Shown here one piece after another: positions 15,908-26,761 of a stretch of 55,129 nucleotides of DNA. Within the stretch, counting starts at the first letter, position 1. Every line of letters starts with the position of its first letter. Below the pieces are notes generated by a model, which was not told the origin of the DNA, did not search any database, and saw only the letters and a list, made by a program, of their open reading frames with translations. The stretch is from Candidatus Micrarchaeota archaeon (lineage in GTDB: Archaea > Micrarchaeota > Micrarchaeia > Anstonellales > J096). The stretch lies in contig CAYXNY010000038.1 of the NCBI GenBank assembly GCA_964467175.1, forward strand, positions 1 through 55,129, written 5' to 3'. Made by a program: the position numbers and the translations under genes.

Positions 15908-17434
15908 ATGCGGCTTGGAACTGTAATTGCGGATGAACACATTCCGAACACTTCTGAGTTTGCGTTTGTGTTTGATAAAGGCGCGAAGGTGAGGAAAGGG
16001 CAGTATGTGCAGGCAGAGAGCGAGGACGGCCTAGTTTTCGGCTACGTTGCAGATGTTTACAGGGGCAACAGATATTTTGAGAGGGCGGAAAGTGTTTCAG
16101 AATACGAGAGGGAATCAAAAATCGCCGACCATTTTCCTGTGAAGGACTGGGAGTACATAATAGGCCAGGTTAAAATCTTGGGGAGCGCAGAAATAAACGG
16201 AAGCGAACTCAGGCAGAAAAGAACATCCATCCCGCCATTTCCGGGCGCAGAGGTGCATTCCGCAAACGAAGACTTTCTCAGGCAGTTTGTTGGCTTCGCT
16301 GACAACGGGCTTCTTCTTGGAAAGCTTCAGAACCACGAGGTTGAGGCAAGGCTGGACATGACGAGGCTTCTGCAGAAACATCTAGCCATCCTTGCCATGA
16401 GCGGTGCAGGAAAGAGCCATCTCGCGAGCGTTCTGATAGAGGAAATCCTCGATAGAAAAAAAGAGGACGGGAGGATAGCCGTGGTTGTAGTGGATATCCA
16501 TGGAGAATACTATGGGTTCAAGGAAGACCCGGCGTACAGGAGCAAAACGAAGGTTGTGAGCGGAAAGGACATAAAGATTTCTTTCAGGCGCCTCACCCCG
16601 GCAATCGTGAGGGAATTTTTTCCGGATATAGGCCAGTCGAATGCGCAGTACTCAACCCTTTCCGGTGTTCTGAAAGAAATGCAAAGAGAAATGAAAAATG
16701 AGCACAGGGAATATTCCATCAAGGATTTGATAGCAAAAATAGAAGCATCGAAATCCGCTACCGAAAATGTCAAGATTCCACTCCTGAGGGCACTGCACGA
16801 GCTTGGCAGTTACAGAATTATTTCAGGGACCGAAAACCCGAAATTTGCAAAGGACATAAAGCCGGGAGAGCTTTTAATCCTTGATTTAAGCGACCTGGAC
16901 GATTACAAAAAGAAGCAGATTCTCGTTTCCTACACCGCGAAAAGGCTTTTTAAACTCAGGAAAGAAGGGCGCATCCCGCCGTTGCTGTTTCTTGTTGAGG
17001 AGGCGCACAACTTTGCTCCGGAGAGGATAGACAAATACTCCGGAATTGCAAAGCGCGATGTTGAAAAAATCGCGAGGGAAGGAAGAAAGTTCGGTGTTTC
17101 GCTCTGCCTAATCTCCCAAAGGCCGGTCAATCTTTCAACAACCGCGCTGAGCCAGTGCAACACGCACATCATCCTTCGCGTAACAAACCCAAACGACCTG
17201 GACCATATCAAAAAGAGTAGTGAAGGTATAGATGAAAGGATGAGTAGAAGCATTACTGCCCTGCAGACAGGGGAAGCCATAGTCGTAGGGTCGGCCGTAA
17301 ACGCGCCCATATTTATAGATATACGCGAGAGAAAATCAAAAAAGAAAGAAAAAGGGAAGCCTCTGCACGAGCAGGCGCTGGAGTTTGAAAATAACCAGAA
17401 ACAAAAAGAGGAAGATGTTGAGGCGTTCTTATGA
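15908..17434 (+). CDS. herA: HerA-like hexameric ATPase/helicase (DUF87 family)
   Basis: N-terminal HAS-barrel-like segment, Walker A MSGAGKSH, Walker B LLFLVEEAH, and ISQRP/TGEAIV C-terminal motifs. Confidence 0.75.
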   Translation: MRLGTVIADEHIPNTSEFAFVFDKGAKVRKGQYVQAESEDGLVFGYVADVYRGNRYFERAESVSEYERESKIADHFPVKDWEYIIGQVKILGSAEINGSELRQKRTSIPPFPGAEVHSANEDFLRQFVGFADNGLLLGKLQNHEVEARLDMTRLLQKHLAILAMSGAGKSHLASVLIEEILDRKKEDGRIAVVVVDIHGEYYGFKEDPAYRSKTKVVSGKDIKISFRRLTPAIVREFFPDIGQSNAQYSTLSGVLKEMQREMKNEHREYSIKDLIAKIEASKSATENVKIPLLRALHELGSYRIISGTENPKFAKDIKPGELLILDLSDLDDYKKKQILVSYTAKRLFKLRKEGRIPPLLFLVEEAHNFAPERIDKYSGIAKRDVEKIAREGRKFGVSLCLISQRPVNLSTTALSQCNTHIILRVTNPNDLDHIKKSSEGIDERMSRSITALQTGEAIVVGSAVNAPIFIDIRERKSKKKEKGKPLHEQALEFENNQKQKEEDVEAFL

Positions 17435-18753
17435 AAAGAAGGGTTATAATAGTCGGCGCCGCCGGCAGGGACTTCCATAACTTCAACATGTTTTTCAGGA
17501 ACAACAAAAACTACGAGGTTGTCTGCTTTACAGCAACGCAGATTCCAGGGATAGAGGGAAGAAAATATCCTGCGAAGCTTGCGGGCAAACTCTATCCAAA
17601 AGGAATTCCGATTTACAGCGAGGAGAGGCTTGAGGAGCTCATAAAAAAACACAGTGTTGATGAAGTTGTTTTTGCGTATTCTGATGTAAGCCATGAGCAT
17701 GTTATGCACGTTGTGGCGAGGGCTCAGTCGGCCGGTGCAACCTTCGTCCTCCAAGGACCAAAGGATACGATGCTGAAAAGCAAAAAGCCGGTTATAGCTG
17801 TATGCGCGGTGAGAACGGGCGCCGGAAAGAGCCCTCTTACAAGAAAAATTGCAGAGGTTCTGCGCAAAAAGGGAAAGAGATTTGTAGTTGTGCGCCACCC
17901 AATGCCATATGGACAGCTGGAAAAGCAGGAAGTTGAGCGGTTTGAAAGGTTGGATGATCTGAAAAAATATAAATGCACTATTGAAGAGATGGAGGAGTAC
18001 GAGCACCACATAAGGAATGGAACTGTTGTGTACGCGGGAGTTGATTATGAAAAGATCCTGCGTAAGGCAGAAGAGGAAGCTGAGATAGTCCTGTGGGATG
18101 GTGGAAACAACGACATTCCTTTCTACAAACCAGATTTGCTTTTTGTTGTTGCGGATTCTTTGCGGGCAGGGCATGAGTTGGCATATCACCCGGGCGAAAC
18201 AAATTTCAGAATGGCGGATGTTATCGTTGTCAATAAATATTCCGAAAATAAAGAAGGTGGAGAGGCGATAATAGAAAACGCAAAGAGGATAAACCCAAAA
18301 GCGAGAATAATAAAATCAGATATGGTGCTGACAGTTGAAGGTGACATTCATGGAAAAACAGTTCTTGTGGTGGAGGACGGACCAACAGTAACTCACGGCG
18401 GCATGGCTTACGGAGCCGGCTATGTTGCGGCAAAAAATGCAGGCGCAGAGATAATAGACCCGAGAAAATTTGCAGCTGGGAGCATAAAAGAAACCTTTGA
18501 AAAATACCCGCACCTTAAAGAAGTTCTGCCTGCGATGGGCTATGGAAAAAAGCAGATGAAGGAGCTTGAAGAAACAATAAACAAAAGCAACGCAGAAGTT
18601 ATTGTCATCGGAACTCCAATAGACCTGAGCAGGCATTTAAGAGTCAATAAGCCATGCGTAAGGATTGCGTACAGCATAAAAGAAATAGAAGGAAGTATCC
18701 AGAAAGAGGTAGAGGGATTTTTGAAAAAAGCAACCAAACGGATTAATTTTTAA
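17431..18753 (+). CDS. COG2403-type predicted GTPase / cyclic 2,3-diphosphoglycerate synthetase-like protein
   Basis: N-terminus MKRRVIIVGAAGRDFHNFN and internal P-loop-like VRTGAGKSP. ATGA overlap with herA. Confidence 0.65.
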   Translation: MKRRVIIVGAAGRDFHNFNMFFRNNKNYEVVCFTATQIPGIEGRKYPAKLAGKLYPKGIPIYSEERLEELIKKHSVDEVVFAYSDVSHEHVMHVVARAQSAGATFVLQGPKDTMLKSKKPVIAVCAVRTGAGKSPLTRKIAEVLRKKGKRFVVVRHPMPYGQLEKQEVERFERLDDLKKYKCTIEEMEEYEHHIRNGTVVYAGVDYEKILRKAEEEAEIVLWDGGNNDIPFYKPDLLFVVADSLRAGHELAYHPGETNFRMADVIVVNKYSENKEGGEAIIENAKRINPKARIIKSDMVLTVEGDIHGKTVLVVEDGPTVTHGGMAYGAGYVAAKNAGAEIIDPRKFAAGSIKETFEKYPHLKEVLPAMGYGKKQMKELEETINKSNAEVIVIGTPIDLSRHLRVNKPCVRIAYSIKEIEGSIQKEVEGFLKKATKRINF

Positions 18754-18776
18754 GCACTTGCGCAGAATACATTCTT

Positions 18777-19952
18777 ATGGAAGAGGTAGCGGCAATCGGT
18801 CTGCTTTCGGCAATCTCCCTAGGTTTCATAGCATCCCTTCTCTCAAAAAGCGCCAGGCTTCCTTATGTTCCCCTCCTTCTCGTGGTTGCTGCGCTCATGG
18901 GTCCGTACGGTATGGAGATTGTTGATGAGGAAAGCATAGATGTATTCTCCTCTATCGGCGCCGTTCTCCTGCTTTATATAATCGGCCTTGAGATGCGCAC
19001 TGAAGGGCTTGGAAAACTCGGTCTGCTCTCGCTTTTTATTGCGGTATTAAAACTTTCTTTAGTCGGTTTGGTTATAGCTGTGGCGTCGCTTTTCTTCGGA
19101 ATACCCCTAGTCCATTCTCTTCTTTTAGGGCTTACACTCGCAATAACCAGCACTGCGATATTCGCTGCGGCGAGTAAGGATTTTAAAGTCGCCGATAAAA
19201 ACGAAGCAAAAATGATGTATGCGGAGCTGATATGGGAGGACATATTTGCGGTTCTTTTTATAGTAGTTGCGGCATCGACAACAATAACCGGGAATGTTTT
19301 GTTCATGCCCGTTTTGAATATAATTTTTTTCGGCATATTAATCGTGTTGATGAACTTTCTTGTCATGGGCATCATTGAGCTTATCCCGAAAGATGATGAG
19401 CTTTATTTTTTGTTTTTCCTTTCTTTTGCCGGGCTTGTACTTCTCCTCGGCAGCCTTTTCTCCGTTCCGCTCAGCGTCGCCGCTTTCTTTGCCGGCATCT
19501 CCTCTTCGACCCGGAAAGAAGTCGGACGTGTTAAAGAAAAAATAGAATTTTTTACTTCTCTTTTTGTGATGATGTTCTTTCTTTCTCTTGGGATGAAGGC
19601 AAATTTTGCGTCTCTTCTCGATCCTGAATTGGCATTTGCTACCTTTATGTTTCTTATACTAAGCATCGTTGCGAAGGCCGTTGTTTCTTCGGCTTCGCTC
19701 GTGCTCATGAAAACGGATGTTAAAACAGCAACTCTTATGGGAATACTCATGGTTTCCACAGGAGAGTTTTCCATGCTTATCGCCGCCTCTCTTGCGAACG
19801 TATTCCCATTTGATATACTCACCATAACAATAACAGTAGTTTTCTTCTCTTCCGTCCTTACATGGCTTTTGGCTGAACGCGCGCCCTATTATACTGCTCT
19901 TCTGTCAAATCTTATCAGTTTTTTCCGTAAATCAAAAACAAGTAAGAAGTAA
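18777..19952 (+). CDS. cation:proton antiporter (CPA/Kef-type membrane domain)
   Basis: About 11-12 hydrophobic helices. The N-terminal region resembles the Na+/H+ exchanger family. Confidence 0.7.
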   Translation: MEEVAAIGLLSAISLGFIASLLSKSARLPYVPLLLVVAALMGPYGMEIVDEESIDVFSSIGAVLLLYIIGLEMRTEGLGKLGLLSLFIAVLKLSLVGLVIAVASLFFGIPLVHSLLLGLTLAITSTAIFAAASKDFKVADKNEAKMMYAELIWEDIFAVLFIVVAASTTITGNVLFMPVLNIIFFGILIVLMNFLVMGIIELIPKDDELYFLFFLSFAGLVLLLGSLFSVPLSVAAFFAGISSSTRKEVGRVKEKIEFFTSLFVMMFFLSLGMKANFASLLDPELAFATFMFLILSIVAKAVVSSASLVLMKTDVKTATLMGILMVSTGEFSMLIAASLANVFPFDILTITITVVFFSSVLTWLLAERAPYYTALLSNLISFFRKSKTSKK

Positions 19953-19997
19953 GAACAAATAAAAAGAAAAACAAGAACAAAGGTTATTCCTTCAAAT

Positions 19998-20291
19998 TTA
20001 TTTTGCCAGGGTTATCTCTATGGATGAAACCTTGCTAGGCCTTCCATCCTCGCTTGTCAGCTCCTCAGTCCCTATCTTTATATCCTTTATCTTTGCGTCC
20101 GGCATAAATCTGTTCTTCACTACCTCCACCACATCCACAGCCCTGGAAATCAGTTTTCCTCTCGCTTTCACTGTTACCTCATTTGCACCGTTGGTAAACT
20201 GGGTAACAACTGCCAGGACATAGCCCATAAGGCCCTTCTTCCCTACATATATTGTGTTCTCCTCTCTTTCTCTTTTTTCTGTCACTGCCAT
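19998..20291 (-). CDS. albA: Alba DNA/RNA-binding protein
   Basis: MAVTEK...[21 protein letters not shown]...[20 protein letters not shown]... ATG 20291 follows GGTGA. The longer track ORF N-terminus is rejected. Confidence 0.9.
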   Translation of the reverse strand: MAVTEKREREENTIYVGKKGLMGYVLAVVTQFTNGANEVTVKARGKLISRAVDVVEVVKNRFMPDAKIKDIKIGTEELTSEDGRPSKVSSIEITLAK

Positions 20292-20373
20292 ATTTTCACC
20301 CCTTTGTTTTCTGTAGTGTTCCATACATTCCTCGTTTCCATTTAAAAATCTTTCTCCTGCTTCAACTCTGTTT

Positions 20374-22089
20374 ATGAAAAGGAAAAGGATAGCAGTTGTG
20401 GACCGCGACTTGTGCATAAGAGAAAAATGCGGGTACATATGCATGAATGTCTGCCCAGTGAACAGAATGGGCGAGGAATGCATAACAAAAGAGGAAGAAA
20501 CGAACTTCCCTACGATAAACGAGTTCGCATGCATAGGATGCGGAATATGCGTGAAGAAATGCCCTGTGCATGCCATAACGGTAATAAACATTTCCGGGGA
20601 GAAGGACGACCCGGTTTTTCAGTACGGCCCAAACAGCTTTCGGCTCTACGGCCTTCCCCTTCCTAAAAAAGGCGTGGCCGGAATAGTGGGAAGGAACGGC
20701 ATAGGAAAATCAACCGCAGTAAAAATTCTTTCAAAACAGCTCAAGCCGAACTTCGGCGATTATTCAAAAGAATATTCATGGGATGAGGTGCTTCCAAATC
20801 TTTCTCCTGAGCTCAAGGAGTACTTTTCGAGCACGCAGAAGATCTCCGTGAAACCGCAGAATGTTCTGTACGTTACGGAAGCTTTTGACGGCACGGCGGA
20901 GGAGCTGCTCAAAAAAATGGACGAGCGGAATGGTTTTGAAAATGCGGTGAAAATTTTCGGGCTTGAAAAAATACTGAAAAGAAAAATAAGCCAGCTCAGC
21001 GGCGGGGAGCTGCAGAAGGTTGCGATCGCCGCGGCGTACGTTAAGGATGCGACCTTTTATTTTTTCGACGAGCCCTCCACCTACCTTGATATAGGGGAGA
21101 GGATGAACATAGGAATCTTCATGAAAGATTTTTCGGAAGAAAAAAGCGTGATGGTTGTTGAGCACGACCTCACCATCCTTGATTACATGAGTGATTATGT
21201 CTATGTCTTCTACGGAGAGGAGAACGCGTACGGTGTTGTTTCAAACGTAAAGCCGGTCCGCCGGGGAATAAACGAATATCTCTCAGGTTTTCTCTCGGAT
21301 GAAAACACGCGGTTCAGGGATCATGAGATAAAAATTTCAAAATACAGCGAAAGCGAGGTTTCTGCACCCCCGTTCTTTTCCTATGGAACGATTGAAGAAA
21401 AATTTGAAGGGTTCTCGCTGCGCGCCGAAAAAGGAGAAATAAAAAAGGGCGAAATAATCGGAATTGTTGGTAGGAATGCGCTTGGAAAAACAACATTCAT
21501 AAAAGCGCTTTCCGCTTCAAAGAATATTACTGTTTCATACAAGCCCCAGTACATAAAAGCCGAGGACGCGATCGTAAGGGATGTTTTTTCATCCCGGAAG
21601 CTTCTTCCGGATATTTTTGAGGCGGCAAAGGGGAAATTGGGGGTTGAAAAACTTCTTGAGAAAAACCTCAAAGGGCTGAGCGGCGGAGAGCTGCAGAGGG
21701 TTGCGGTGGTGCTCGCGCTCAGCACAGAGGCGGACGTCTATCTTTTCGACGAGCCGACCGGATTTTTGGATGTGGAGCAGAGGCTCGCATTCTCTGAGCT
21801 TCTCAGAAAAGTCATAGACGAACAGAAGAAAGCCGCGTTTGTTGTGGACCATGATGTTGTTTTCATAGACAGCGTTGCAAGCAGGCTGGTTGTTTTCACC
21901 GGCGAGCCATCGGTCAGCGGCTCCGCAACCTCCCCGATGAATAAAAGAGAAGGGATGAACCTTTTTTTGAAAACCATGGGGATAACGATGAGAAGGGACA
22001 AGGACAGCAACAGGCCGAGGATAAACAAGCCGGACAGCGTTCTTGATAGGGAGCAGAAACAGAACGATGCTTATTTTTATTCAGAATAA
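20374..22089 (+). CDS. ABCE1 / RNase L inhibitor-type ribosome recycling ATPase
   Basis: N-terminal 4Fe-4S Cys clusters ([12 protein letters not shown]) and two ABC cassettes (LSGGELQ twice). Confidence 0.9.
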   Translation: MKRKRIAVVDRDLCIREKCGYICMNVCPVNRMGEECITKEEETNFPTINEFACIGCGICVKKCPVHAITVINISGEKDDPVFQYGPNSFRLYGLPLPKKGVAGIVGRNGIGKSTAVKILSKQLKPNFGDYSKEYSWDEVLPNLSPELKEYFSSTQKISVKPQNVLYVTEAFDGTAEELLKKMDERNGFENAVKIFGLEKILKRKISQLSGGELQKVAIAAAYVKDATFYFFDEPSTYLDIGERMNIGIFMKDFSEEKSVMVVEHDLTILDYMSDYVYVFYGEENAYGVVSNVKPVRRGINEYLSGFLSDENTRFRDHEIKISKYSESEVSAPPFFSYGTIEEKFEGFSLRAEKGEIKKGEIIGIVGRNALGKTTFIKALSASKNITVSYKPQYIKAEDAIVRDVFSSRKLLPDIFEAAKGKLGVEKLLEKNLKGLSGGELQRVAVVLALSTEADVYLFDEPTGFLDVEQRLAFSELLRKVIDEQKKAAFVVDHDVVFIDSVASRLVVFTGEPSVSGSATSPMNKREGMNLFLKTMGITMRRDKDSNRPRINKPDSVLDREQKQNDAYFYSE

Positions 22090-22154
22090 AATGAAGCAAA
22101 ATTAGGCCTAAAAACAACGCACTGTTTTAAAATGTTGCCCATAAATATTCTATC

Positions 22155-22463
22155 ATGAACAATACCAAAAAAAGGATTAAAATAGCAACGCTTGCTCTCG
22201 CACTCATACTCCTTATAGGCACTGTTTTTTATCATTTCTACGAGGGTTTTACTTGGATTGATGCGTTCTATTTCACCGCGATTACGATCACAACGGTGGG
22301 TTACGGGGACTTGCACCCGACGCAAGATATAAGCAAGGTCTTCACGGTTTTTCTTTCATTTTCAGGCATAGGATTGGTTTTCTATTATTTGATGTTAAGC
22401 GCCGGCTACTACTTGGATTTGATAGAAAGGAGAATGATGATCAAGGGCAAAAAACGTTCCTAA
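22155..22463 (+). CDS. minimal two-TM potassium channel (102 aa)
   Basis: TM1, pore helix, selectivity filter TVGYGD and TM2. No cytoplasmic regulatory domain. Confidence 0.8.
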   Translation: MNNTKKRIKIATLALALILLIGTVFYHFYEGFTWIDAFYFTAITITTVGYGDLHPTQDISKVFTVFLSFSGIGLVFYYLMLSAGYYLDLIERRMMIKGKKRS

Positions 22464-22501
22464 ATTCTTCCTAAATTCTTTATAATTCTTTATTATCTTT
22501 A

Positions 22502-23065
22502 TTATTCGATTTCCGTCTGGTTCAGGCCGATGGTGAAAACTTCCGTCTCCCCTCTTTCGTTCACAACAACTTTGTAATAGTAATTGGCGTTGCCAATCCA
22601 TACCACCTCCCACCCGCCCTCAATTTTATTCACCACCGGCTCCGCCCTGAAAGAATTAATATACCCCTCCACTATTGCATTCTCCCGCCAGCTCTTTATT
22701 ATCGCCTCCTCCTCAAACGCTATGGGCAGGTCGTGCACTTCGCAGTTTTTTGTGATGTACTCCGGTGGCTGGGGTTCAAAACCCTGTTTTGGATAAAGGT
22801 AGTAGAGATGGATTCTTCTCGGGCATTTTGTATAATAGTCAAAAGTGACTCTAGTAACTATCTCATAATACCCTCCTCTATCCCTTGTTTCGACGATGCT
22901 TATTTTATCAGCATTTGAATATTTCGCCTGCAAATCCTGCAGGACGAAGTTTTCGGCATCGCCCTTCTCCACTCTCGGCGGAGTGGGTGGCATGAAGACT
23001 ATGTAAAGCACGAGCACAGAAAGTATTATTACCGACCCGAACTTTATAATTTCCTCAATTCTCAT
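22502..23065 (-). CDS. hypothetical membrane-anchored protein
   Basis: Single N-terminal TM helix. No motif recognised. Confidence 0.5.
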   Translation of the reverse strand: MRIEEIIKFGSVIILSVLVLYIVFMPPTPPRVEKGDAENFVLQDLQAKYSNADKISIVETRDRGGYYEIVTRVTFDYYTKCPRRIHLYYLYPKQGFEPQPPEYITKNCEVHDLPIAFEEEAIIKSWRENAIVEGYINSFRAEPVVNKIEGGWEVVWIGNANYYYKVVVNERGETEVFTIGLNQTEIE

Positions 23066-23251
23066 ACTGTTTTTCTATGTCGGAACAAAGGTTTAAAAAA
23101 CCTTCCCGGAAGAAATATATTCCGCTCTGTCCGGTTAAAGGCAGGGTCAAAGTGGATATTCGTATTCTGCGAATATGACAGAGGCTTCAAGGGTTTTCAA
23201 GAGAAGGTTTCCTGTCAATTCCTCCGTATGTTTAGTGCAGCGGACAACTGA

Positions 23252-24808
<1,557 letters not shown>

Positions 24809-24895
24809 AAAAAAGGAAATGCAAGGGGCCCTTCTCTGAATAAACCTTGAAGCCAAACCAAACAAACCAAAATTTCTTTTTTATTAAAACTTAAA

Positions 24896-25804
24896 CTAAG
24901 GATACTCCGGACACTTTGGGCAGATTTTTTCGCCGGTAGAACAGTTGCATTCAACATAAATCACATGTCCGCAGCAGCAGGTTTGCTCATTTTTTCCAAA
25001 TTCAAATCTTCTCTGCAGGACATATATGCATGGAGATTCGCATGTTTTATTCTTCCATTTTTCTTCTGCTTTCTTGATGCACGCGGTGTCATTTAGGTTT
25101 GTTCCTAAGTACGTTTCATACTCAGAAGCCGGGCATACCCATTCGCAATTCACAGGAGTTGGGTCGCAGTAATTTCCCTTTCCATCCCTGTCTCCGTCCT
25201 CCTGCTTTGGATTATATATGGTTGGACAATTATCTACATCTCCGCAAACCCCATCCCCGTCCTCATCATTTTTACTATCCAGCGGACAAACATCGCATGC
25301 ATCCCCGATTCCGTCCCTGTCCATATCGCTTTGGTTGCTGTTTGATATATTCACGCAATTGTCCTCTTCATCACCCACTCCATCCTCATCAATATCCCCG
25401 CATGTCTGCCCTTCGCTTTCGCATCCTGTGTAGTTGCTTCCGGGCCCAAAAACAACCGCGCATTTCAAATTCCTGCACTCAAAATGCCTTGGCCCGCATG
25501 GGTCAAACTCCTTCATGCATGTTTCATTCTCCCCGGGTCCCTCCACAAGCACGCACATGTAGTTGATGCATTCGTAGTGGTATTCCGGCGGAGGAGGAAG
25601 TTCGCATGGCTTTCCGGGCATGGTGCAGTTTCCCTGGTTTTCTCCCGGCCCGCTTACAACAGTGCATTTTTGATTTATGCATTCATAGTGATAAACAGGA
25701 TAGGTTATATTTTCAGCTTCGTTTTCTTCGGTTTTGTTCTGTATGCATCCAGAAAGAAGCAACAAAACTATCGAAAAAAAAGCATAAAATACGGCCGGCC
25801 TCAT
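24896..25804 (-). CDS. secreted Cys-rich protein with thrombospondin type-3-like Ca-binding repeats; possible lipoprotein
   Basis: Signal peptide ending LLSGC. Three roughly 30-aa Cys modules (YHYECINxxC...GPGEN). Asp-rich DxDxDGxxDxxDxC repeats. Start taken at ATG 25804. Confidence 0.65.
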   Translation of the reverse strand: MRPAVFYAFFSIVLLLLSGCIQNKTEENEAENITYPVYHYECINQKCTVVSGPGENQGNCTMPGKPCELPPPPEYHYECINYMCVLVEGPGENETCMKEFDPCGPRHFECRNLKCAVVFGPGSNYTGCESEGQTCGDIDEDGVGDEEDNCVNISNSNQSDMDRDGIGDACDVCPLDSKNDEDGDGVCGDVDNCPTIYNPKQEDGDRDGKGNYCDPTPVNCEWVCPASEYETYLGTNLNDTACIKKAEEKWKNKTCESPCIYVLQRRFEFGKNEQTCCCGHVIYVECNCSTGEKICPKCPEYP

Positions 25805-25828
25805 GCATCTCCCCCAACCCAATATTTT

Positions 25829-26758
25829 TTATATGTTTTGCGTATCGAATCGCTCAACAAATATCCTTCTGTCATACTCCTTCACCCTTCTTAAAACCTC
25901 TTCTCTGTCCGCAATCCTGTTGTACGCTTTTCCTTCTACGCAGAAAGAGCTCGCAACCGTCGCAAATCCCCCGGCCGCTTCAACATCTCCTGTTTCAAAA
26001 TAAATCGTTGCAAAAGCAGTTGCGAAAACATCTCCGGCGCCAGTTTCATCAACGGTTTCTGTTGCAAAGGCAGGGAAGAATATTGCTGTTCCGGTTCTTT
26101 TTGAGTAGATTATGCTTCCTTTTCTTCCGAGGGTAAGCTCAACAACCTCCGGCCCGCATTTCGCTATCTCTTTTATTGCTTCGATCTCCTCCTTCATGCT
26201 TCTTATCTTCACGCGCTTCTTCTTCAATCCGCTCAGAACAAATTCTATTTCTATCTCAGAGAGCTTTAGAAGGTCAACATTTTTCAAAATTTTCTCTGCG
26301 TTCTTCATAGGCCTATGCTCCATTCTTTTTCCGACCTTAGCTTTCCTCACAAAGCCCTGCACATCGAGCGAAACCATGTCTGCTTTTTTTCTTGCCTCTA
26401 TTATTGCTTTTTCTCCAACCTGCTCGGCAAAAAGAGGGTTGAAATGAACTATATCAGCCTTGAGACCAAAAGAATTTATTGCCGAACTTAGAGAAATTGG
26501 GGTCTGGTATCTCTCTTCTCCAAAATACTCTGTTTTGAGTGTTGTGGTTGCCTTATCCTCTATGCCAAAAACCTTGACCCGGTCGTTTTCAACTATGGCC
26601 TTCCATTTCTCCAAATCCTCTTTTTTTGCTTTTGTAATTGCATAAACATTTCCATTCCACATTCCCACCGCAGAAATAACGTTGTAGGTTATCCCTCCGA
26701 ATTCCTTCCTTTCCCCAAAAATATCCTTGCAGAGCCCGCCAACCACAGCGAACTTCAT
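25829..26758 (-). CDS. PfkB-family carbohydrate/nucleoside kinase
   Basis: C-terminal motif VDETGAGDVFATAF typical of the ribokinase/PfkB family. Confidence 0.75.
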   Translation of the reverse strand: MKFAVVGGLCKDIFGERKEFGGITYNVISAVGMWNGNVYAITKAKKEDLEKWKAIVENDRVKVFGIEDKATTTLKTEYFGEERYQTPISLSSAINSFGLKADIVHFNPLFAEQVGEKAIIEARKKADMVSLDVQGFVRKAKVGKRMEHRPMKNAEKILKNVDLLKLSEIEIEFVLSGLKKKRVKIRSMKEEIEAIKEIAKCGPEVVELTLGRKGSIIYSKRTGTAIFFPAFATETVDETGAGDVFATAFATIYFETGDVEAAGGFATVASSFCVEGKAYNRIADREEVLRRVKEYDRRIFVERFDTQNI

Positions 26759-26761
26759 TAC

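Noticed and set aside
16930-18189. 419-aa ORF antisense to herA and the COG2403 gene
   Set aside because: The sense-strand genes have clear motifs. The antisense translation is Cys/Phe/Ser/Leu-rich with no motif, and such open antisense frames follow from codon bias. The same reasoning applies to 10676..11573 (antisense to PIN), 33415..34212 (antisense to purQ) and 167..778.
19998-20591. 197-aa track ORF containing Alba
   Set aside because: Only the C-terminal 97 aa are Alba-like. The upstream 100 codons are His/Phe/Met-rich, overlap the ABCE1 start region on the other strand, and precede a good GGTGA-ATG start at 20291.
24809-24895. Expected tRNA-Ala or a 23S gene downstream of the 16S
   Set aside because: Nothing tRNA-like or 23S-like was found by eye. 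The spacer runs straight into the stop codon of a convergent CDS.
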